Below, one piece after another: positions 1 to 7,208 of a DNA stretch of 7,341 nucleotides. Position 1 is the first letter of the stretch. Every line of letters begins with the position of its first letter. The stretch covers positions 1 through 7,341 of the forward strand of contig NW_021828840.1 in assembly GCF_006345805.1 (NCBI RefSeq), written 5' to 3'. Made by a program: the position numbers and the translations under genes. Source of the stretch: Octopus sinensis. Taxonomy: Eukaryota. The notes below the pieces were generated by a model that did no database searches, was not told the DNA's origin, and worked only from the letters and a program-made list of their open reading frames with translations.

Positions 1-30
1 GTGCCTGTGTATGTGTGTGTGTGTGTGTGT

Positions 31-66
<36 letters not shown>

Positions 67-84
67 TGTGCCTGTGTGTATGTA
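1..84. repeat. (GT)n microsatellite, interrupted, cut by the window edge
   Basis: Direct reading of the GT dinucleotide run. Confidence 0.97.
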
Positions 85-211
85 CATGTTGTTGTAGTTG
101 TTATTGCTGCTTTGGTTATTTGGGTGGTGATATTTGATATTTTGTCACTTTTCTTCCAGTCAGTTCGTTGCTGTGTCCGAGAACCAGAAAAACAAGGATA
201 AAAACAAGAGA

Positions 212-337
<126 letters not shown>

Positions 338-603
338 GCCCAGCAACACCGTTAATATTTAATGGAGGTTTTTGCCAGGAAACCATGCCAAAACCTGGGA
401 CCGTGGTTTCAGTAGTAATTCTATGATTGTCGGACATATTTGCTCTCTAATCAGTTTCGGAGATTAACAAGGTGTTTTCCCGCCAAAAACAAAACTGAAG
501 AATTTTAGTATTAACATAGAAAACATGCGTAGACCCGGAGCAGTGGAGTAGGTGCTGGTTGAGATATAGTCAACAGGAAGGACTTTTTCGTATCCCCACC
601 TAA

Positions 604-635
604 TATGTGTATGTGTGTGTATGTATATATATATA

Positions 636-677
<42 letters not shown>

Positions 678-699
678 TATATATATACATATATATATA
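604..699. repeat. Compound (GT)n/(TA)n microsatellite
   Basis: Direct reading. Confidence 0.96.
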
Positions 700-700
700 A

Positions 701-930
701 GGAGAATTCACAGAAAAGAACAAAACAAAAGACGAAGACAGGTTATGTAGACAACAAACAGATGTATTAGTTTAACGCTCGGGAAGTGCAAAAGTCTTTA
801 ATGTTTCGAGCCTACGCTCTTCCACAGAAAGAAACAGGGATTGTAAATAAAGAATGTGTAGCGGCTACCGATATATCATGACGAATGCCGGACAGAGGGG
901 TCACACAGGACAGCTAAAATGAAGGGGAGA
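701..930 (-). mobile_element. Probable terminal (pseudo-LTR) fragment of a Penelope-like retroelement; boundaries approximate
   Basis: Contains a hammerhead-like motif (795-832) of the style known from Penelope-like elements, and its minus-strand 3' end runs directly into (TA)n. It resembles an Octopus repeat I recall (unverified). No RT or GIY-YIG ORF is present. Confidence 0.55.
795..832 (-). ncRNA. Minimal type I hammerhead ribozyme-like motif (variant or decayed)
   Basis: Minus strand reads UCUUU-CUGUGGA-A-GAGC-GUAG-GCUC-GAAA-C-AUU-AAAGA. Stem I UCUUU/AAAGA (5 bp), stem II GAGC/GCUC with a GUAG loop, GAAA box and NUH triplet AUU are all in hammerhead order. Deviations are A6>U and an imperfect stem III. 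Confidence 0.65.
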
Positions 931-1174
931 TAATAAAGTAGTGGTGATCCCAAAACGAAGGTACGCGTGCATGTGTATAAGAGCATGTATGTGCGTGTGG
1001 AAGCGGGTTGGTGACTTTGACGTGTGCGTGTGCATGTGTAAATGTGTGGATGATGGTGTGGGGCTGGGAAGTGGTCAGTGCTAGTGTGTGCGTGGTGGTG
1101 TGATGTGATGTGGTGCGTTTTGGTGGTGTATGGTGTGGTGGTGTGTGGTGTGGGGATGTGGGTGAGGCGATAAT

Positions 1175-1199
1175 GGGGAAAGCAAGGGTGGGGTGCGGG
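1175..1199 (+). other. Canonical G-quadruplex motif
   Basis: GGGG-AAAGCAA-GGG-T-GGGG-TGC-GGG fits (G3+N1-7)3G3+. Confidence 0.6.
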
Positions 1200-1293
1200 T
1201 TAGGCTGAGGTGGGGTATGTGGGAGTGGGTGTAAGCGATGGGATGGATAGAGAAGGTGGGGTTGGATTGTTACGAGGAAGGGGTGACGATGAA

Positions 1294-1322
1294 GGGAGGG
1301 GGAGGCGGGAGAAGGGGGAGGG
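1294..1322 (+). other. Canonical G-quadruplex motif with five G-tracts
   Basis: GGG-A-GGGGG-AGGC-GGG-AGAA-GGGGG-A-GGG. Confidence 0.65.
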
Positions 1323-1429
1323 AGTGAAGAGAAGAGAGAAGAAGAGTAGGAGTGAAGAGCAGAAGTAGTATATATATATAATAAGGGTGGGGTCTTAGCA
1401 ATTCTTCTATCGAAAGGTAAAAATATATA

Positions 1430-1666
1430 CGCCACTAAAGCGACAGAGGGCGATATTAAGCACCAGTATTGCTAGAAATAGGAGTCAAAAACAGGTCAAA
1501 GCACCAATAAAGCACCGTCTTGTCGATCTGGCTTTATCTGGTGCTGAGGGAGCTTGCCTCCCTTTTCAGTAAATAAGACGGTGTGTTATTGTGACAATGA
1601 GTTGTTTTTGACTCCTATTTCGAGCAATACTGGTGCTGAATAGCATCGTCAGTCACTTTAGTGACG
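1430..1666. mobile_element. Fold-back non-autonomous DNA transposon (MITE), 237 bp, with long inverted repeats and TA flanks
   Basis: 1430-1493 matches the reverse complement of 1603-1666 at 55/64 (inner 40 bp at 38/40). A further pair, 1506-1521 vs 1575-1590, matches at 14/16. TA lies at 1428-1429 and 1667-1668. Confidence 0.82.
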
Positions 1667-1983
1667 TATGTATATATATTTATACACACATACACATGCA
1701 GATGTCATAAAGTGATTTAAGGCTCGAGAGATAAGTGTTACGCACAAAACTTCGAGTTAGTTTGTGAATTCCACACACATACGCACATATATGAGCCATG
1801 TAACAACGCATCTGCTTTTCTTGGACTGTTTTTTGTCCTTCTCACCTCTTTCTAACGAAGAGCCAAGTTCGAAACGTTATACACCCCATCTTTTTTGTCC
1901 ATCTTAAACTGAGCATCAACCTGGTACACTGTACTTCCTTTTGACTTAAGCAGTTTTGTTTATATTTTTATTTTCGATTTGCC

Positions 1984-1984
<1 letters not shown>

Positions 1985-2019
<35 letters not shown>

Positions 2020-2064
2020 ACACACACACACACACCACCCACACACACACATATATATATATAT
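1985..2064. repeat. Compound (CA)n/(TA)n microsatellite
   Basis: Direct reading. Confidence 0.96.
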
Positions 2065-2155
2065 CCAAACAAGAAAACACAAAAAAACACAACAACGCGA
2101 GGACGTGGAACAAATATAGTATTATTGGACGCTCAGGAAAGAAGGAAAGAAGGGT

Positions 2156-2212
2156 GGGGTGTTTGTGTGTGCGTGTGTTTGTGTGTGTATATATATATAA
2201 GCACGTGTGTAT
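2156..2212. repeat. Degenerate (GT)n/(TA)n tract
   Basis: Direct reading. Confidence 0.8.
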
Positions 2213-2322
2213 ATCGCTTAAAAACCAGTACCGTTTCTTATGTTCCGTAATATAGCAATTCCATAAACTGCCAACAAAGTATGTACCAGATTTCAAAAAG
2301 AGAAAAAAATACTCATTTCATT

Positions 2323-2363
<41 letters not shown>
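2323..2363. repeat. (TAC)n microsatellite
   Basis: Pure run of about 13 units. Confidence 0.97.
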
Positions 2364-2519
2364 TTGATAGAAGTGCTGCCATTTTATTTTTTGAATGCTA
2401 TTTGTTAAATAAATGTTGGTTGTTAAACCGTGTAATATTGGAAAGTGGTGGTGAGGGATGAGGATCACGTTGTGATGTTCATCATCAGCTGAAAATGAAA
2501 GTACTACTGCTTTACTTCT

Positions 2520-2692
2520 ATTAGCCAATGAGGGCACCTCTACGTGGTGGCTCGAGGGTTTAAGAATAGCAGCCAAATCAAACACTACGGTCTTATGAAA
2601 GGAATGGTCCCATTCGATATCCCAGTCTTACCCATAAAACCCATCTGAAGTGCCTTTGGTCATAGCTCTGCTCGATCAAAACTCACCTGTGG
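2520..2692. mobile_element. Possible decayed interspersed repeat of unknown class
   Basis: Segments such as AAGAATAGCAGCCAAATC and GGTCATAGCTCTGCTCGATCA resemble Octopus repeats I recall. There is no internal structural proof. Confidence 0.3.
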
Positions 2693-2711
2693 ATAATACT
2701 ACTAATGCAAT

Positions 2712-2737
2712 TAATAATAATAATAATAATAATAATA
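2712..2737. repeat. (TAA)n microsatellite
   Basis: Direct reading. Confidence 0.93.
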
Positions 2738-2841
2738 CTATCACTAGTTCGGTTAATTATTTGTTGAAGAAGACAGCGAGTTGATAGAATCGGTACCGTT
2801 CGAACAAAATGCTTTGCAGAATTCCCTCCGGCTCTTCACTG

Positions 2842-2867
2842 CTGAGATCAAATTCCGCCGAGGGCGA
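2842..2867 (+). mobile_element. B-box-region fragment of the same SINE family as 4141-4349
   Basis: CTGAGATCAAATTCCGCCGAGGGCGA matches the reverse complement of 4254-4279 at 23/26. Confidence 0.75.
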
Positions 2868-2930
2868 GTGATTTGGCCAAATTATTAAAGGATCGAATCA
2901 GACTGTCTTGCACTATTTGTTCAGTTGCTT

Positions 2931-3040
2931 TACGTTCTGAGTTCAATTTCCATCCAGTTAAAGCCAGCTTTTCATCCTTCGGCGGAGGGGGTTTGATAAA
3001 ATCAAGTACCAGTCAACTATTGGGGTAGATTATGTCGACT
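2931..3040 (+). mobile_element. Decayed, 5'-truncated copy of the tRNA-derived SINE
   Basis: 2931-2946 is a 16/16 match to the reverse complement of 4270-4285. TTTCATCCTT is shared. 2993-3013 matches the reverse complement of 4211-4230 with one indel and one mismatch. Confidence 0.8.
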
Positions 3041-3219
3041 GTTTCTTCCGTCCATGACCTAATTTGGTTTTTAAAATTATGTTAGGTATTCCCGATGAAG
3101 GTATGCAACTAAATGTTAGTTTCAGAAGGGGTTGGCAGAAATATTATGATGCGTGTAATAATTGCCAATTTAAATCCGGTTGATTTCTCCAGGAAGGCTT
3201 TAATTCGTACAGAGAGACG

Positions 3220-3356
3220 GCGAGAGAAAATATAAGAAAGATAAAGAGAGATTTAGTCTAAAAGTGAGTGTAAATATTAGCTAAAGAGTGCTACACACAC
3301 AGTGAGAGAAAGAGAATAATTGAGATGGGGTAGGAGGGAGAGAAGGAGGAGAGGGA
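3220..3356. repeat. GA-rich low-complexity tract
   Basis: Degenerate (GA)n on the plus strand. Confidence 0.75.
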
Positions 3357-3385
3357 TTTTACGTGTGTGTTTGTGTGTGTACATA

Positions 3386-3624
3386 AAGTGGTTGGCATTT
3401 GGAAGGGCATCCAGCTATAAAAATCATGCCAAAACTAACTTCGCCTGTACTGGTGCCACGTAAAAAGTACTGAGTCCACTCTGCAGGGAGGTTGGTGTTA
3501 AGAAGGGCATCCAGCTGTAAAAACCCTACTAAAACAGACACAATAGCATAGGGTCAGCTTCTGTAAACCGTCCTACTCATGCACGTGTAGAAGATGGACG
3601 TTAAACGACGACGACGATGATGAT
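3386..3624 (+). mobile_element. 3' part of a SINE-like element with two copies of a GGAAGGGCATCCAGC core and a (GAC)(GAT) tail
   Basis: 3390-3435 and 3490-3535 match at 37/46 with a 100-bp offset. The element ends GGACGTTAAAC followed by a trinucleotide tail. The core resembles, from memory, the V-domain motif of V-SINEs such as zebrafish DANA. No Pol III head is visible. Confidence 0.68.
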
Positions 3625-3627
3625 ATA

Positions 3628-3652
3628 TGTGTGTGTGTGTGTGTGTGGTGTG

Positions 3653-3694
<42 letters not shown>

Positions 3695-3724
3695 AAGCGA
3701 AAGAGATAAAGTGAGAGAAAAAGA
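3628..3724. repeat. Compound (GT)n then (GA)n microsatellite
   Basis: Direct reading. Confidence 0.95.
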
Positions 3725-4012
3725 GTAAGAGTGTGTGTGAACTTCTATAATGTGAAATCGACACGGAGAGTAAGTTTGTTTTCATTTGTCTTTTTTTTTT
3801 CTTCTACTTTTTCGATATTGCTCAATTTAATTTCGAGCCAATATTTATATTTTCCTTTTGAAAATTAGCATTCATTTCAGCATCTTGGACAAGTACCAAG
3901 AATTTAATAAAAAAAGTTAAATCATAATTGTTGCAGGTATTCCATATTTCGGGAAATTAGTCAGAGTGGTAGACGTATGCTTCCATAATTACCCATGGAA
4001 AGTAATACTATA

Positions 4013-4047
4013 GCAACGGCAGCGGCGGTGGCAGCAGCAGCAGCACC
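4013..4047. repeat. Degenerate (GCA/GCG)n tract
   Basis: Direct reading. Confidence 0.85.
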
Positions 4048-4049
4048 AG

Positions 4050-4075
4050 TAATAATAATAATAATAATAATAATG

Positions 4076-4140
<65 letters not shown>
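4050..4140. repeat. (TAA)n microsatellite, equivalent to an (ATT)n tail of the minus-strand SINE
   Basis: About 30 units directly abutting the SINE 3' end at 4141. Confidence 0.97.
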
Positions 4141-4264
4141 TTCTACTACAGGCACAAGGCCTGAAATTTCGGGGGAGGGGACTAATCGAGTACATCGACC
4201 TCATTGTTTCACTGGTACTTAATTTATCAACCCTGAAAGGATGAAAGGTAAAGTCGACCTCGGC

Positions 4265-4275
4265 GGATTTTGAAC
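4265..4275 (-). promoter_or_regulatory. Pol III B-box-like motif of the SINE
   Basis: GTTCAAAATCC vs consensus GTTCRANNCC, one nucleotide longer, at tRNA-like spacing from the A box. Confidence 0.62.
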
Positions 4276-4328
4276 TCAGAACGTAGCGGCAGACGAGGTA
4301 TCGCTAAGCATTTCGCCCGGCTTGCTAA

Positions 4329-4339
4329 CGACTCTGCCA
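4329..4339 (-). promoter_or_regulatory. Pol III A-box-like motif of the SINE
   Basis: TGGCAGAGTCG vs consensus TRGCNNARYNNG, about 10 nt from the element 5' end. Confidence 0.65.
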
Positions 4340-4364
4340 GCTCGCTGCCTCAGTAACAGTAACG

Positions 4365-4783
4365 TTAGGGCTACAGCAAACATTCTGCTCAATACCACAG
4401 ATTTGCTGTCAATTGTTTGGCCATCACCAGTTGAGCATGTCCCTTAGTGGCTGACGATAAGTGCATCTCTGATCACGTGCAGAAGTAGTGGTTGAGCATC
4501 ATAGCCATGTGTTGAGAGGAATTCTTTGCGGTATGAATAATTCTGGAAACATGGGTGTTTCGTTCAACATCCTTAAACGACCCTTATTCAAGGACCGTTT
4601 GAGGGGGATGGGCTACTCGACCAGAAGAAAGTTCTAACTGGGCCCCATCTGCAAAGTCATGCACTGTTTATTTTGATCACCATGTCGCAGATATGTTGTG
4701 ATGCATGTACCTGGTGTACCCTTATATATATACTATATTTTACCCCACTGTCTCTTTGATGGTATGCGTTGTTCTCTCACTCA

Positions 4784-4785
<2 letters not shown>
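4365..4785 (+). mobile_element. Interspersed repeat ending in (TAA)n; probable 5'-truncated non-LTR retroelement 3' end
   Basis: A complex, GC-richer ~420 bp block ending CTCTCACTCAG directly in (TAA)n. It resembles a very common Octopus repeat from memory. It has no ORF, and its class is inferred only. Confidence 0.55.
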
Positions 4786-4819
<34 letters not shown>

Positions 4820-4855
4820 TAATAATAAAATAATAATAATGATGATGATGATGAT
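4785..4855. repeat. (TAA)n grading into (GAT)n
   Basis: Direct reading. Confidence 0.95.
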
Positions 4856-5155
4856 TACAGTTATAAATGACTAATTAGACACCAGGCCTTATATTTACTC
4901 GTGTCAGGTGACAAAATGTGATGTTGTCGGTGACTAACTAAAAAGTATTATAAGTGTGAGTGACGCGGACTGGTTTTAACTAGGAACTGAAAGATTCCAA
5001 GATCTCGTTGTAACGAGAATTTATGACCTATCTTTTATAAATTTCTCATATTGACTTTCGTTTGGCTCAGACATACGTTTTGAATTGTTATAGTTTACAA
5101 CTTGTTGACGTATACAATTACTTGCTGTATGTAACACCTTGACGATTTTACCAGT

Positions 5156-5164
5156 ACACACACG

Positions 5165-5231
<67 letters not shown>
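5156..5231. repeat. (CA)n microsatellite
   Basis: Direct reading. Confidence 0.97.
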
Positions 5232-5234
<3 letters not shown>

Positions 5235-5705
5235 TTCTAGCAGTGGAGCAAAAATAGACATGCCCTGGTTTGAAAAGACATTCGAAATTGAAATTCAGTT
5301 TTTTTTTCAATGGTTTGCGTTTGGGTAAATGAAAAGGGACAGAGACCCGTGCTCATTTTGCCAAGTCTCCAGTAACCGAGGAGGCGAAAGAAGGCAGAAA
5401 CACTGACATACGAGTACTGGAGTATGAAGCAGCATATTAATACGTTATCTTGGCCGAAATCCTTGCAGCAGTGTTGACTCTTAAAAACACTAGATTACCA
5501 TAAAGTGGGTGTCAAAAAAATATTATATGCAGCAAAAACACAAATTAAAACCACCCACGGACTGGGTGGTGGCCTTTAACCAGATATTATATGAGGTCAA
5601 TCACCCACACTAAAAGCGCTCAATGATTACATGATGGTATTAAAACGGATAGATTCTTATGCCTACCACCCAAAACCAAGACCCAAGGACCAAACAGTAG
5701 TTTCG

Positions 5706-5830
5706 AGAGAGAGCAAAAGAGATTGAGAGAGCGAGAGAGGGGGAGATGGAGAGAGTGAGTAAAAGAGACAAATGTAAAGTCAGAGAGGGAGATAGAAAAA
5801 AAATAAAGGATGAGAGCAAGAGAAAAGAAA
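5706..5830. repeat. GA-rich polypurine low-complexity tract
   Basis: Degenerate (GA)n. It explains the K/R/E-rich ORF 5746..5940. Confidence 0.8.
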
Positions 5831-6339
5831 TTGACTGCTACATTTCACTGGTAATGTATTTATCGATCCCAGAAATAAAAGGTGAAATAAGTCTAGGAGG
5901 GACTAGAACTTGGAATATGGAGAAATATAAGAAGCTCTAAATAGCATTCAACCGAACGCTCTAATGACTCAGCCAGATCATGGTCAAAACGTTCCTGGAA
6001 ACTTTATAATCATTGGGTCTCATATTTTTAGCTCGCTTAAATACGAATTAAATGTGTAGTAGTATTGTTCATGACTTTTCCAGGAAGTATTTGCTTTGAA
6101 AGTAAGCCAAAATTGCTGAGGATAATGAGCAACGGAAAAGGGAGTGGGATGAGGTGATAGATAAGTTCTTGTTCGAATAGGAGCCTTCCTACTCGAAATG
6201 ATCGAACAATTCAGTATATTCGTGATTTCATACTTCGTATCTTCGTTTTTGTTTTTAACACTAAATATGGTGTAGCAAAGATATGAGTTTAGTTAGTGTT
6301 AGAGACAGAAGTTTGTGTAGCAGAAATGATGTCAATGCT

Positions 6340-6510
6340 AAACAAAAATAATAATAATTATAAAAAAACAATAACAAAATTAAATAAATCAATGTATAAA
6401 AACAAAACAAAAAGAAAAAATAATGAAAGAACAAAATCTTAAAAAATAATAATAATAAACTAAAAGGAAAGCAAAAAAGAAAGAGAAAGAAAGATGAATA
6501 ATTAATAAAT
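6340..6510. repeat. A-rich low-complexity tract (AAT/AAAC/AAAG units)
   Basis: Direct reading. Confidence 0.85.
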
Positions 6511-6638
6511 AGATGGAGAGTATTGATGGATTGCTGGATAGATGATTGAGTGAGTGAGTAAGTAAAAAAAAATAAATAAAAGCTGTGACAGATGTGAGAA
6601 AGAAACGAGTGACAATGGAAGGGTGAATGTCTATCTAG

Positions 6639-6667
6639 AGCAGCAGCAGTAGCAGCGGCAGCAGCAG
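6639..6667. repeat. Interrupted (CAG)n tract
   Basis: Direct reading. Confidence 0.88.
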
Positions 6668-7004
6668 TTAGTTGAAGAAAGCTAGAATCACTAAAGTATC
6701 TACCAATTCAAAAGTACCAACCTCGAGCGTTCAAAGGTCCCAGGCCGTGGTCCAACAATAACTCTTTACCCATATGATAGGCTAAAAAAAGACATTAGGG
6801 TTCAGGTTTAAGGACAGACAATATCTGCAGGTTTCGCAAACGATTGATTTCACTATAAAGATTTTTTTCTAATATATTCATTTTAAATGTGGATTTTACA
6901 TTCTTTTCAATTATTTAGTTAATCATTCCTAATTTATTTAATCTTTTTCTTTCTAAATACAGTGAATTAAAAAAAAAAAGATTTATTTTTGGTGAAAAGA
7001 AGTT

Positions 7005-7208
7005 ACATATATTTATATATGTGTGTTTGTCTGCACTTATATATATATTTACGTGCAATGGGTGTATGCTTGTGTGAATATATCTATATCTATATATATA
7101 TATATATATATGAAACGTACATTTATATGTATGCTTATATATATGTGTATATACTTATGTATATATCTGTATACATACACGCACACATATATGTTTATAT
7201 TCGCATAT
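7005..7208. repeat. Degenerate (TA)n/(TG)n low-complexity tract
   Basis: Direct reading. It explains the Y/I/C-rich ORFs. Confidence 0.88.

Larger units (their letters stand above)
1000..1365 (+). repeat. G-rich low-complexity tract grading from GT through GGT/GGG to polypurine
   Basis: Strong G-over-C skew on the plus strand. It produces the P/H/T-rich minus-strand ORF 914..1435. Confidence 0.9.
4141..4349 (-). mobile_element. Near full-length tRNA-derived SINE
   Basis: The minus strand starts GGCAGCGAGCTGGCAGAGTCG, has A-box-like and B-box-like motifs, a central CTTTCATCCTTTCAGGGTTGATAAATTAAGTACCAG block, and an (ATT)n tail. Homologous fragments occur elsewhere in the window. It resembles a high-copy Octopus SINE from memory. 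Confidence 0.88.

Noticed and set aside
379-394. GAAACCATGCCAAAAC matches 3420-3435 at 14/16
   Set aside because: Too short, and the flanks do not extend the match.
495-525. CTGAAGA…GAAA on the plus strand, with hammerhead-like boxes
   Set aside because: No stem II can form between the boxes, and there is no stem I closure.
914-1435. 173-aa minus-strand ORF, the longest in the window
   Set aside because: Its P/H/T/S bias simply reflects the G-rich low-complexity tract, and it has no domain signature.
1608-1652. The minus strand of the MITE arm reads CUGACGA…GCUCGAAA…GUC, like a hammerhead
   Set aside because: Stem II lacks the closing pairs next to the core, stems I and III do not form, and the opposite arm does not keep the motif.
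1946-2296. ORFs 1946..2296 and 1956..2255
   Set aside because: Driven by CA/TA/GT repeats.
2361-2585. 74-aa minus-strand ORF, with a CUGAUGA at 2482-2488
   Set aside because: No recognisable homology, and it overlaps a probable repeat remnant. The CUGAUGA has no properly placed GAAA.
3815-3844. ATATTGCTC/GAGC-C-AATAT hairpin containing GCTCGAAA on the minus strand
   Set aside because: Short and AT-rich, with no upstream hammerhead core. It is compatible with chance.
3961-4222. Three overlapping ORFs with poly-A/I/Y runs
   Set aside because: Translations of the GCA and TAA microsatellites plus SINE sequence.
5003-5018. Near-palindrome TCTCGTTG/TAACGAGA (7 of 8 pairs)
   Set aside because: Isolated, with no partner terminus or other context.
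5550-5570. ACCACCCA-CGGAC-TGGGTGGT 8-bp hairpin, considered as a Helitron 3' end
   Set aside because: No CTRR terminus at the expected distance on either strand.
5746-5940. 64-aa K/R/E-rich ORF
   Set aside because: Arises from the GA-rich tract, with no domain support.
6680-6782. Segment vaguely resembling a recalled Octopus repeat
   Set aside because: Based on memory only, with no supporting structure or second copy in the window.
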